Notes: a model not told the origin generated them from the letters alone. 64,000 bases of DNA from an uncultured Balneolaceae bacterium (GCA_964440655.1 CAYTTA010000004.1:30700-94699); one strand, 5' to 3'. Shown: positions 48,091 through 57,423, counted from the stretch's first letter. A program made the numbers and translations.

Positions 48091-49101
48091 TTGAAAGTTT
48101 ATACCGAATCCTCCATTTTTACAAACCGATCCGGCTCCATCCTCCAACCAAATCCTCCCGATGTGATTAACCTCCCCGATCCACCACCCGATCCCGGTCC
48201 TTCCGGTCCGGACCATCCCCGGGACAGCGTCGATGAACTGAAGAAGCGGATGCTTGTCTGGCTCGGGGAGCGGCTCGATTCCCCGGCATTCGAGAAGATT
48301 GAAACGGCTGCACGGAGGATGGAGGGCGCGGAGGAGTGGGAACTCTTCACCTCATTCAGCTCGGTACCCCGCTGGACCGGAAAGAGTCTGCTTGGACTCT
48401 CCTCTACCGAGGAGGACGAGGCGGATCGGCTTGTGAACGGGTGGAAACCCGGCAGATGGAGCCTGGACCAGCTGGGCCGTACACTTCTGGTACTCTCCCT
48501 GGCACGCAGAGGAAAAGAGAAGTTTTTTGATCTGCTGGAGAAACTTTTCCTTTCGGCCGATGCGGGAGAACAGGTTGCTCTCTATCAGGCTCTTGCCGTA
48601 CTTCCCTGGCCGGAAGAGCATCAGAGGCGGGCGGCCGAAGGGATCCGCAGCAACATGAGTCCGGTTTTTCAGGCGGTCGCTCTCCACAATCCCTGGCCTG
48701 CCCTCTACTTTCCGGAGGATGCATGGAATCAGATGATTCTCAAGGCTCTCTTTATCGGTGTGCCGCTCTGGCAGGTGGAGGGGATCGACCGCAGACGGAA
48801 CGAAAAACTGGCCGGAATGCTGATCGACTTTGCCCAGGAACGATGGTCGGCCGGAAGAGAAGTTCCCCCCGAACTCTGGCGTATGGTGGCTCCTTTCATG
48901 GATGATGACCGTGTCCGGGACATTGCCAGGCTTCTGCATCATCCGGAAGAGCTCCAGAGGCAGACGGCCCTTCTGGCTCTTACCGCCTCCGAACTGCCTT
49001 CTGCACGGACCCTGCTGGAAGCGGCCTCCCGAAGCGGCCAGCTGAAGAATCTTCCCGACTGGGATGAAATCGGCCGGAGGGCGGCGGCTCTTTCCGGATG
49101 A
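48091..49101 (+). CDS. eboA: EboA-like protein (start uncertain: TTG 48091 or ATG 48250)
   Basis: An alpha-helical ORF immediately upstream of the TatD-type and UbiA-type genes, which is the position EboA takes in ebo clusters. The call rests mainly on synteny. Confidence 0.5.
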   Translation: MKVYTESSIFTNRSGSILQPNPPDVINLPDPPPDPGPSGPDHPRDSVDELKKRMLVWLGERLDSPAFEKIETAARRMEGAEEWELFTSFSSVPRWTGKSLLGLSSTEEDEADRLVNGWKPGRWSLDQLGRTLLVLSLARRGKEKFFDLLEKLFLSADAGEQVALYQALAVLPWPEEHQRRAAEGIRSNMSPVFQAVALHNPWPALYFPEDAWNQMILKALFIGVPLWQVEGIDRRRNEKLAGMLIDFAQERWSAGREVPPELWRMVAPFMDDDRVRDIARLLHHPEELQRQTALLALTASELPSARTLLEAASRSGQLKNLPDWDEIGRRAAALSG

Positions 49102-49153
49102 TGGAAAGTGCCGTTCCACTTCAGATAACCTCCAACTTATCCTTCTGCACGTC

Positions 49154-50107
49154 ATGACAGCCTCCAGATCCTCCGACCCGATGATTTTCATTGATCCCCA
49201 TATCCATATGATCTCCCGCACCACCGACGATTACCGGGCTCTTCAGCAGGCGGGTGTGGTGGCGCTCATTGAGCCTGCCTTCTGGATCGGACAGCCCCGG
49301 ACCAACGTCGGGTCGATGATGGATTACTTCAGCACGATTGTGGGGTGGGAACGGTTCCGTGCCAGTCAGTTCGGCATCCTCCACTACTGCACGATCGGGC
49401 TCAATGCCAAGGAGGCGAACAATGAAGAGCTGGCGGAGGCCACCATGGAGCTGCTGCCACGCTATGCGGCAAAGGAGGGTGTGGTGGCGATCGGGGAGAT
49501 CGGATTTGATGACATGACCTCTCTGGAGGAGCGTTATTTTCGCCTTCAGCTCGATCTGGCCCGTAAGATGGAGATGGTGGTGATGGTCCACACCCCCCAC
49601 AGGAACAAGAAAGAGGGCACGCTTCGCAGTATGGAGATCTGTCTGGAGCAGGGGCTGGACCCATCGATGGTGGTGATCGATCACAACAACGAGGAGACCG
49701 TAAGGGAAGTGCTCGACCGGGGATTCTGGGCCGCTTTTTCCATCTATCCCGGTACCAAGATGGGCAATGAGAGGATGGTCGAGATTGTCCGGACCTATGG
49801 AAGTGAACGGATCATGGTGGACAGTGCCGCCGACTGGGGCCAGAGCGATCCTCTGGCGGTTCCGAAAACTGCACGGCTTATGCTTCAGCGGGGTATACCG
49901 GAAAAGGATGTGCGGAATGTATGCTACCGGAATGCCCTGGATGCCTACAGCCAGGGCGGACGGATGAGTGAAAAGGATTGGCTGAACCGCCCCCCGATCG
50001 ATCAGAGAGATACCTGGAACGGAAATTCCATACTGAGAGGCGGTGTGGAACCCTATGTCGAAAGCATGGACCCCGGCAGAGAAAGCGACGACCTGATCAT
50101 CCGCTGA
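49154..50107 (+). CDS. eboB: TatD-family metal-dependent hydrolase (EboB-type)
   Basis: MIFIDPHIHMISRT (the HxH metal motif of the amidohydrolase/TatD fold), VAIGEIGFD and MVHTPH. The start was set at ATG 49154. Confidence 0.75.
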   Translation: MTASRSSDPMIFIDPHIHMISRTTDDYRALQQAGVVALIEPAFWIGQPRTNVGSMMDYFSTIVGWERFRASQFGILHYCTIGLNAKEANNEELAEATMELLPRYAAKEGVVAIGEIGFDDMTSLEERYFRLQLDLARKMEMVVMVHTPHRNKKEGTLRSMEICLEQGLDPSMVVIDHNNEETVREVLDRGFWAAFSIYPGTKMGNERMVEIVRTYGSERIMVDSAADWGQSDPLAVPKTARLMLQRGIPEKDVRNVCYRNALDAYSQGGRMSEKDWLNRPPIDQRDTWNGNSILRGGVEPYVESMDPGRESDDLIIR

Positions 50108-50151
50108 TCATCCGCTTATCTTCAACCGATCATCAACACAACCGTCGCACC

Positions 50152-51174
50152 ATGGAGTCGACTCAAACCGGCAGCAGGAAGCTCTCTTTTTCCCTCAGGG
50201 CCTGTCTGGAGCTGATGCGCCCGGCGAATATTGTCACCGCCTTTGCCGACATACTGGCGGGCTATTTTGTCGCCCGGGGCGTTCTCCTGTCGGGGCGGAA
50301 CCTCCTGTTTTCCAGCGGGATGAACCCTTCCGGAGCCTCCCTGTCGGAGAGCCTCTCGGAATCTTCCATTCCTGCTCTATTCACCGACATCGGAGAAATG
50401 ATGCCCGGGGCTTTGCCCTGGCTCCTGCTCGCCACATTGGGTCTTTATGGGGGCGGGATAGTCTGGAATGATGTGATGGACAGCGAAATCGACCGGATTG
50501 AACGACCGGAACGGCCGATTCCCTCGGGACGGATTCCGCGATGGGGAGCCGCCTTTCTGGGCACCTCTCTTCTTCTGACGGGGATCGCGGCGGCCTGTCG
50601 GGTTCATCCCGGTGCCGGCGGGATTGCTCTGGCTGTTGCGTTGCTCTCTCTGACGTACAACCGGTATGCCAAGCACTCCTCTGTTGCAGGTCCGCTTGTA
50701 ATGGGACTCTGCCGGGGAGGAAACCTCCTTTTGGGGATGGCCGCTGTGCCAGGCATGCCGGCAGGAATGTGGCCGGTCGTCCTGCTGCCGGTGATCCACA
50801 TCTCCGCGGTCACCCTTGTCAGCCGGGGGGAGGTCTCCGGCGGGAGCCGGGTCTCCGGAATGCTCGCAACCGCTCTTGTCCTGACCACCGGGTTCTTGCT
50901 GATCCTTCTCACTCTGGTTTTGCGTTCCGGTGCGTCGCCAACCGCCCTTCCCTTCGCCCTGCTCTTTCTTGCGGCGCTGCTCCCCCCATTCTGGCGTTCT
51001 GCACGTGATCCGAAACCCGACCGGGTCCGGAGGGCAGTGAAACGGGGTGTTCTGGGGCTGATTCTTCTGAACAGTTCTCTGGCTGCCACCTGGTCGGGTC
51101 CTCTAGCGGGGCTGCTGGTGATCCTGCTCCTGCCGGTCTCCCTGCTGCTGGCCAGGTATTTTGCCGTAACCTGA
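50152..51174 (+). CDS. eboC: UbiA-family prenyltransferase (EboC-type)
   Basis: 340 aa and polytopic, with the first Asp-rich motif NDVMDSEIDRIERPERPIPSG. The start was set at ATG 50152 (MESTQTGSRKLSF...). Confidence 0.8.
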   Translation: MESTQTGSRKLSFSLRACLELMRPANIVTAFADILAGYFVARGVLLSGRNLLFSSGMNPSGASLSESLSESSIPALFTDIGEMMPGALPWLLLATLGLYGGGIVWNDVMDSEIDRIERPERPIPSGRIPRWGAAFLGTSLLLTGIAAACRVHPGAGGIALAVALLSLTYNRYAKHSSVAGPLVMGLCRGGNLLLGMAAVPGMPAGMWPVVLLPVIHISAVTLVSRGEVSGGSRVSGMLATALVLTTGFLLILLTLVLRSGASPTALPFALLFLAALLPPFWRSARDPKPDRVRRAVKRGVLGLILLNSSLAATWSGPLAGLLVILLLPVSLLLARYFAVT

Positions 51175-51190
51175 CTTCAACCACCCCCGG

Positions 51191-51781
51191 TCAGGTGGCC
51201 CAGGTCCTGCCGATCTCCTCAAAGGGAACACAGCCGTCATACCGGCCGGGGACCGCCTCATATCTCAGGACCTGCGTCGCCCCCGGTTCACTGGTGAAAT
51301 AACCGAGCATGGTCAGCTCCTTCATGGTGAGGAAGAAGCGATCCACCGGCTCTCTGCCACCCGTTACGGCTGCACGGTTGCATTGGGAGGCTACCTCAAA
51401 CTGCAGTTCCGAAGAGAGATCGATGAAGGAGTCTCCCTGCTCTTCACGTACTTTGCGGTCAAAGAGATCGAGCCCCTCGACAAACCGCTCTCTTGCATCT
51501 TCCGTATAGATTTCGGTAATCATCTGCTCGATAAATGAGGGCACCCCCGCCTCTGAAGCTCCCGGTGTCTCGCCGGAAGGAATGATGACGTCGGCGAGAC
51601 GTGTAAGCAGTCGGGCTTGCTGCGGATTGAAAAACCGCGGAGACCACTCCACTCCAGGACGGGCCTTGCATCCGCTCATCACGCCCAGAATATGGGGTGT
51701 TAAAAGCAGTCCGCCCATCAGGAGAGCAGTGCGCCGTATCGCTTCCCTCCTGCCGAGAAGCTCCCCCTTCAAGGCATTCAT
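51191..51781 (-). CDS. gluconate 2-dehydrogenase subunit 3-family small subunit with a twin-arginine signal
   Basis: MNALKGELLGRREAIRRTALLMGGLLLTPHILGVMSGC is a TAT-like signal. The small size and adjacency to the GMC flavoprotein fit the family. An alternative upstream start is at 51910. Confidence 0.7.
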   Translation of the reverse strand: MNALKGELLGRREAIRRTALLMGGLLLTPHILGVMSGCKARPGVEWSPRFFNPQQARLLTRLADVIIPSGETPGASEAGVPSFIEQMITEIYTEDARERFVEGLDLFDRKVREEQGDSFIDLSSELQFEVASQCNRAAVTGGREPVDRFFLTMKELTMLGYFTSEPGATQVLRYEAVPGRYDGCVPFEEIGRTWAT

Positions 51782-51922
51782 TTCGGCACCGTTGTTTTCG
51801 GAATCCGTTCCTCCAGAAATGTCATGGCCGGTTGCGGATGAAATTTGCCGGGGTGTTGCGTTATCCGGATCATTTTCCGGTCGGAGTTCAGGTCGGAGAT
51901 GTCTCTTCATGATCAGGAAAGG

Positions 51923-53620
51923 CTACAGGTTCAGTCTGTTCAGTTCTTTGACGGCATGATCGACCGCCCGCGCGGTGAGTGCCATGTAGGTGAGGGAAGG
52001 ATTCTGGCAGGCGGATGAGGTCATGCAGGCTCCGTCTGTTACAAAGACGTTGGGTACGGAGTGAATCTGGTTCCAGCTGTTGAGAACGGAGGTGCGGGGA
52101 TCTCTGCCCATCCGGGCGGTGCCCATTTCATGGATTCCGTGACCGGGCGGAACGGCGTTGTCGTAGGTGGTGACATTGCGGAATCCGGCAGCCTCCAGCA
52201 TCTCGGCTGCATCGTTGGCCATATCCTTCCGCATGCGTCGTTCATTCTCCCCGAACTCACATTCGATCACCAGCGTCGGTTGACCCCACTTGTCCTTCCG
52301 GTCATGATTGAGCCAGACCCGGTTCCTGTGATCGGACAGCATTTCACCGAAAGCGGTCATTCCGACCGACCACTGGCCCGGCCGGGTCACGAGCTCCTTG
52401 AGCTCCTCTCCGATCGCCATCTCCCGTACTCCTCGCCACCACCCTTCCCGGCTCGCCCCGCCCTGGTAGCCGAAGCCACGCAGATAGTCGCGGTCGTTCC
52501 GTTCCACGTTGCGGTATCTCGGGATGTAGAAGCCGGCCGGCCGGCGACCGTAATAGTAGCGGTCGGGATAGAGGTCGCTGGTGGCATTGGCCCCCACACG
52601 AAAATGGTGATCCATCAGATTGTGTCCCAGCTCCCCGGAGTCATTGCCCAACCCATGAGGAAACCGGTCGCAGGTGGAGTTGAGAAGGATGAGTGTGGTG
52701 TTGAGGCAGGATGCGTTCAGGAAGATGATACGGGCATAGAACTCCATCTCCTCGAGGGTCTCGGCATCGATCACTCTCACACCGGTGGCCCTGCCAAGCT
52801 CCCGGTCATAGATGACGGAGCTGACCACCGAGTGAGGTCTCAGTGTCATCTTACCGGTCTTCTCCGCCGCAGGCAGCGTTGCCGCATTGCTGCTGAAATA
52901 GGCGCCATAGGGACAGCCCCGCATGCAGAGATTCCGATACTGACAGGAGCCCCTTCCCATATGGGGGCGGGTCAGATTGGCCACCCTTCCGGGGGTCAGG
53001 ACCCGGCCGAATTTCTCTGCCATACTCTGCCTGAGGTAATTCTCCAAACAGTTCAGGCCGATGGGAGGCAGAAACTCTCCGTCCGGCAGCTGGGGTAGTC
53101 CTTCCGCCTGACCTGAAATACCGGCAAACTTCTCCACGTAGTCATACCAGGGCGCCAGGTCTCGGTAGCGGATCGGCCAGTCGACGCCAATGCCGTCCCG
53201 CAGGTTGGCTTCGAAGTCGAGATCGCTCCATCGGTAGCTGTGGCGGCCCCACATGATCGAGCGGCCGCCGACATGGTAGCCGCGGAACCAGTCGAACGGT
53301 TTGGCCTCCTCGTAGGGCTGGTCGGCATCCTTGAGCCACCAGTGTCTGGTCGACTGCCTCAGGGTGTATCCTGCACGTTGCTGAACCGGATACTCTTTCA
53401 GCTCTTCCGCGGTGAGCCGGTCGTTGTAAGGAAGCTCCCAGGGGGCTTTGGTTGCCGTCGGATAATCAAGAACATGACGGACATTCCTCCCTCGCTCCAG
53501 AACCAGAGTATTCAGTCCCTTCTCCGTGAGCTCTTTCGCAGCCCAGCCTCCGCTGATCCCGGTACCCACAACGATCGCATCGTAGCTGTTCTGTTTGCGG
53601 GCTTTCAGGTTGAGATTCAT
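51923..53620 (-). CDS. GMC-family FAD oxidoreductase, no signal peptide of its own
   Basis: YDAIVVGTGISGGWAAKEL is the FAD GxGxxG motif, and C-terminal HEMGTARMG is the GMC active-site His region. The start was set at ATG 53620 so that the upstream terminator stays intergenic. Confidence 0.85.
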   Translation of the reverse strand: MNLNLKARKQNSYDAIVVGTGISGGWAAKELTEKGLNTLVLERGRNVRHVLDYPTATKAPWELPYNDRLTAEELKEYPVQQRAGYTLRQSTRHWWLKDADQPYEEAKPFDWFRGYHVGGRSIMWGRHSYRWSDLDFEANLRDGIGVDWPIRYRDLAPWYDYVEKFAGISGQAEGLPQLPDGEFLPPIGLNCLENYLRQSMAEKFGRVLTPGRVANLTRPHMGRGSCQYRNLCMRGCPYGAYFSSNAATLPAAEKTGKMTLRPHSVVSSVIYDRELGRATGVRVIDAETLEEMEFYARIIFLNASCLNTTLILLNSTCDRFPHGLGNDSGELGHNLMDHHFRVGANATSDLYPDRYYYGRRPAGFYIPRYRNVERNDRDYLRGFGYQGGASREGWWRGVREMAIGEELKELVTRPGQWSVGMTAFGEMLSDHRNRVWLNHDRKDKWGQPTLVIECEFGENERRMRKDMANDAAEMLEAAGFRNVTTYDNAVPPGHGIHEMGTARMGRDPRTSVLNSWNQIHSVPNVFVTDGACMTSSACQNPSLTYMALTARAVDHAVKELNRLNL

Positions 53621-53714
53621 CGGCTTGATCCGTTTCCGTGGTTTGCTGCGGACAAGGGATCCACAGCGATACGCAAATCCCACAATCGGAAAGAAAAGGA
53701 AAAGAAACAATATC

Positions 53715-53749
53715 AAAAAAAAAGCCCGTCACTGGGATCAGGACGGGCT
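53715..53749 (-). terminator. Rho-independent terminator downstream of the RidA/CBM9/BASS gene string
   Basis: Minus strand reads AGCCCGTC-CTGATCCCAGT-GACGGGCT followed by TTTTTTTTT. It lies about 45 nt after the stop of the RidA gene at 53795. Confidence 0.7.
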
Positions 53750-53794
53750 CTTCAGATTCCGTGGATGCTCTTGAAGCACCCAAAGATCCTGTTC

Positions 53795-54355
53795 TTAATC
53801 CTCCACTTCCACCACGATGGCGATCTCGACAGCGATATTGTTGGGAAGGGAGCTCATTCCGACCGATGCACGGGAGTGGGCACCGCTTTCACCAAAAATC
53901 TCCACCATCAGGTCGGAGAAGCCGTTGATCACCTGCGAGTGCTGGGTGAAGGAGGGGTCGGCATTGACCATACCCATGACAGAGACGATTCTCTTCACCT
54001 TGTTGAGGTCCCCGATCTCCTGCCGGAGGGAGGAGAGAAGGGAGATTCCGGTAAGGCGGGCCGCTTCCTGCCCCTCTTCCAGGGTCAGATCGCCGCTGCC
54101 CAGCTTGCCCTGTACCTGGCCGCCTTCAGGCCGATCGGGTCCATGTCCGGAGAGGTAGACCAGGTTTCCGGTCCGGACAGCCAGTACGAAGTTGGCTGTT
54201 GGAGCCGGCGGATCTTTCAGCTCAATACCAAGCTCTGCCAGGCGCTCATTTACATCGTATCCGCGATCGTTCGATACCTGGCGGTTCCCTGAATCGGGAC
54301 CTGCACAGGAGATAAAAAAGAGTGTGGCGAGCAGAGATGCGAATATCTTTTTCAT
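53795..54355 (-). CDS. RidA/YjgF-family protein with a lipoprotein-type signal (paralog 1)
   Basis: MKKIFASLLATLFFISCAG, followed by a RidA-fold sequence (GNLVYLSGHGP...GAHSRASVGMSSLPNNIAVEIAIVVEV). The Arg equivalent to the RidA catalytic Arg is retained. An alternative start is at 54376. Confidence 0.8.
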   Translation of the reverse strand: MKKIFASLLATLFFISCAGPDSGNRQVSNDRGYDVNERLAELGIELKDPPAPTANFVLAVRTGNLVYLSGHGPDRPEGGQVQGKLGSGDLTLEEGQEAARLTGISLLSSLRQEIGDLNKVKRIVSVMGMVNADPSFTQHSQVINGFSDLMVEIFGESGAHSRASVGMSSLPNNIAVEIAIVVEVED

Positions 54356-54413
54356 GTTCATCAAAGTGTTCATCAATTATCCGGTTAACAGTAAGAATTT
54401 CGATTGGGCAGGT

Positions 54414-54974
54414 TTACTCTTCGATCTCGACGATCATGGAGATTTCTACCGGGATGTTGCCGGGCAGGGAACTCATTCCGACCGATGCACGGGTATGCTT
54501 GCCCCGCTCCCCGAATACCTCCACCATGAGATCGGAAAAGCCGTTCATCACCTGAGAGTGCTGAGTAAAGGAGGGGTCCGCCTTGACCATTCCCATCACG
54601 GAGACAATCTGCTTCACCTTGTTGAGGTCCCCGATCTCTGCCTTGAGGGAGTTAAGCAGAGAGATTCCGGTAAAGCGGGCCGCCTCCTGCCCTTCCTCAA
54701 GGGTCAGTTCACCGGTTCCCATCGTTCCATGCACCTGGCCTCCTTCCGGTCTGTCCGGGCCGTGGCCGGATAGGAAAACGAGATTGCCGCTGCGTACGCT
54801 TCTCCTGTAGTTGGCGGTGGGAGGAGTGGGTGCGCGAAGCTCGATCCCCAGTTCGGCCAGACGCTCCTCCACATCATAATCGGTATTCTGAAGGAGCTCA
54901 TCCATGGCATCCCGTTCGGGAGGCAACAGGAAGAAGAACAATGGAAAGAGCAGTGAGATCAAAAAGGGTTTCAT
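54414..54974 (-). CDS. RidA/YjgF-family protein with a hydrophobic N-terminus (paralog 2, tandem duplicate of paralog 1)
   Basis: 186 aa. By eye it is roughly four-fifths identical to the previous gene over the mature region (ERLAELGIEL...GNLVFLSGHGPDRPEGGQV...HTRASVGMSSLPGNIPVEI). Confidence 0.8.
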   Translation of the reverse strand: MKPFLISLLFPLFFFLLPPERDAMDELLQNTDYDVEERLAELGIELRAPTPPTANYRRSVRSGNLVFLSGHGPDRPEGGQVHGTMGTGELTLEEGQEAARFTGISLLNSLKAEIGDLNKVKQIVSVMGMVKADPSFTQHSQVMNGFSDLMVEVFGERGKHTRASVGMSSLPGNIPVEISMIVEIEE

Positions 54975-55037
54975 AACGGTCTTTTTTGGATTGCGGTTAG
55001 TGACTGATATTCATGATAACACCATTCGGAGGGAAAC

Positions 55038-56192
55038 TCACTCCTTCCACACTTTTCCATCGGTCCGGATGTACCAGGTCGACTCGTCATCCCATCCCGG
55101 CAGAGAAGCTTCAAACTGGGTCTGTGTAATCCGAAGTTCCGGAACGGCATCCATCCCATCAAGCTGAATCGATTCCATTCCCAGAAGCGACGGGTCGTCC
55201 GTGAAGGATCCGTGTCGCCGCTGATGGTCCCGCTGCAGATAATAGACCTGCCTGAGCACCCACTTGATCTCCTCATCCCGGTTCCAGACAAACAGATCGC
55301 TCCCCTCTCCTGCAGATTTGCCCGAGAACTGGACAAATCCCCACATCTCGGGATAGTGCATGTTGACAAGCCCCTGTGGAGACCAGACCCAGTTGTCTTC
55401 CGGGAAGGGGCGGCCGGTTTCGGGGTTGATTCTCTTGCGGTACTCTCCATCCACGATATCCGCCTGCCACTGCACCCTGGAGAAGTTGACTCTCCACTGA
55501 TCGCCCGGTTGCGGTGCCCGGTTTCCGGTGGCTCCCCTTCGCAGGGTGCTCATGGGGAGGGCCACTTCCACGGTCCATCCCCGATCCTCCCCTTCCGGAT
55601 TGTTCAGTTCTCCATCCACATGGACCGCCGACTGGAAATCGGTCATGTTCCAGGAATTGATTGCACGGGTTCCATCCCGGTAGGGACGGGGAAGGAAAAG
55701 GTCCCACATGGTTCCGAGAGGGTTGATCTCGAATTCAAAGTAGTTGTGGGTATCTCCGTCCGGGTCGATGAAGATCTCGAAATCGTTGTCATGGAAAATC
55801 ACCGCATCCCGCTCGGTCAGGGTGCCCCAGACATGAGGCTCGACCAGTTCTGCCGCAAAGTAGAAATAGTCGTCATCCCAGAGCATTTTCACCCGGGTGC
55901 GCCAGGTCGGCAGAGGTCTGAGGGGACCTTCGATATCGACAAAATCCTCCGTCCAGGGAACGAGATCCCAGACCTCCTCATCCAACCGGCCGTCCACCGT
56001 AATGGGCTTGTCGGTCCGGTAAGCAATGTAGTGAAGCGGCTCGAAAGAAATTTGCGGAACGGGAAAAGGAGTGATCTGCCGCCCCTCTTCGGGAAGATCC
56101 GGTCGGTCACACTGGATCAGAGATAGTACTGCCAGCAGAGAGAGAAGAATGAGAGGGTTCCTCTTCAGCATAAAAGAGCGATGTGAAGTCAT
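55038..56192 (-). CDS. carbohydrate-binding family 9-like (DOMON-like) exported protein
   Basis: The signal and lipobox-like LLAVLSLIQC, then ITVDGRLDEEVWDLVPWTEDFVDIEG...MLWDDDYFYFAAEL...FEIFIDPDGD...YFEFEINPLGT, which is typical of CBM9-like domains. The start was set at ATG 56192. Confidence 0.65.
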   Translation of the reverse strand: MTSHRSFMLKRNPLILLSLLAVLSLIQCDRPDLPEEGRQITPFPVPQISFEPLHYIAYRTDKPITVDGRLDEEVWDLVPWTEDFVDIEGPLRPLPTWRTRVKMLWDDDYFYFAAELVEPHVWGTLTERDAVIFHDNDFEIFIDPDGDTHNYFEFEINPLGTMWDLFLPRPYRDGTRAINSWNMTDFQSAVHVDGELNNPEGEDRGWTVEVALPMSTLRRGATGNRAPQPGDQWRVNFSRVQWQADIVDGEYRKRINPETGRPFPEDNWVWSPQGLVNMHYPEMWGFVQFSGKSAGEGSDLFVWNRDEEIKWVLRQVYYLQRDHQRRHGSFTDDPSLLGMESIQLDGMDAVPELRITQTQFEASLPGWDDESTWYIRTDGKVWKE

Positions 56193-56265
56193 GGCCGGAA
56201 CGGTGGAATCACCGCCCGGCATCTGACTTTTTTTAGGGCATTCATGCCGATTGGACGGCCGACCA

Positions 56266-57423
56266 TTACTGATTGACGGAATCCGGACGGACAAGGATCT
56301 CTTCCGGACCTGCTTCCACTCCATCAAAATCGTCGTCATCTTCACCGGTTGGCTTGTCTTTCCACCAGTTGGCCAGAACGGAGCCGGAAATGTTCATCCA
56401 GGGTCCGAAGACAGCCGGTGCAAGTCCCATGGTCGCCTCTCGCCCTAGTTGTACAGCGATGCCGGATGCCATCCCGCCATTCTGCATCCCCACTTCGATC
56501 GCCACGGTGCGACTGTCGCGTTCGCTCATTCCGAAGAGTCGGGCGCCCCAGTAGCCGAGCAGATAGCCCAGACCGTTGTGGAGGATGGCCGCTAGGATCA
56601 GAAGCGGACCGATAACGAGCAGGTTGTTCCGGCCGGAAGCGGTGATGACGCCGATAATCACGACGATCCCGAGCATGGAGAGGGTCGGCATCCAGTCGTG
56701 AAGCCACTGGGCGCGTCCCTTGAAGATGGCGTTGAAGATCAGACCGGCGACGACAGGTATGATGATCATGTTGAAGATGCTGATCATCATCTCAACAAAA
56801 TTGATTTCGATGAACTGTCCGGCAAGAGTTTTCATCATGAACGGGGTCATGATCGGAGAGATCAGTGTGGAAACTGTGGTGAGGGTAACGGAGAGAGCGA
56901 CGTTTCCACGGGCAAGAAAGGCGATCACATTGGAGGCGACTCCGCCGGGACAGGAACCGATCAGGACTACGCCGGCTGCGATTTCAGCAGGAAATCCGAA
57001 AACGGTCGCCAGACCGATACCGATCAGGGGCATGACGGTGAACTGAAGACCGCTTCCGATCAGTACCCCTTTGGGCATCTTGAGTACGTTGGTGAAATCC
57101 TCCACACTCATCGATGTCCCCATTCCGAACATGATGATCTGAATTAGAGGAACAATGAGTCCAACGGTTTTATACCCCCCCACATCAACAATATATTGAG
57201 GGTAGAACATGGCCAGGGTGACTGCGGAAAAGACCCAGACCGTAAAGGACATCCCCTTCAGAGTGGGATATTGCCGGATTCCGATTGCCAAAAATGCAAA
57301 CATCGCCACTAGGGGGATTCCGGTTAGCGATCCTGCACCGGCCACAATCATGATCAGGGAGACCACAGCCATCGCCCCCGCCAGCATCAGAGATATCTTG
57401 TAAAGCTTGTCGGATTGGTTCAT
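56266..57423 (-). CDS. bile acid:sodium symporter (BASS) family transporter
   Basis: About 10 TM segments with BASS-like motifs (GLLIGSCPGGVASNV-type: LIGSCPGGVASNVIAFLARGNVALSV) and an acidic C-terminal tail. The start was set at ATG 57423, and the ORF extends to 57531. Confidence 0.8.
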   Translation of the reverse strand: MNQSDKLYKISLMLAGAMAVVSLIMIVAGAGSLTGIPLVAMFAFLAIGIRQYPTLKGMSFTVWVFSAVTLAMFYPQYIVDVGGYKTVGLIVPLIQIIMFGMGTSMSVEDFTNVLKMPKGVLIGSGLQFTVMPLIGIGLATVFGFPAEIAAGVVLIGSCPGGVASNVIAFLARGNVALSVTLTTVSTLISPIMTPFMMKTLAGQFIEINFVEMMISIFNMIIIPVVAGLIFNAIFKGRAQWLHDWMPTLSMLGIVVIIGVITASGRNNLLVIGPLLILAAILHNGLGYLLGYWGARLFGMSERDSRTVAIEVGMQNGGMASGIAVQLGREATMGLAPAVFGPWMNISGSVLANWWKDKPTGEDDDDFDGVEAGPEEILVRPDSVNQ

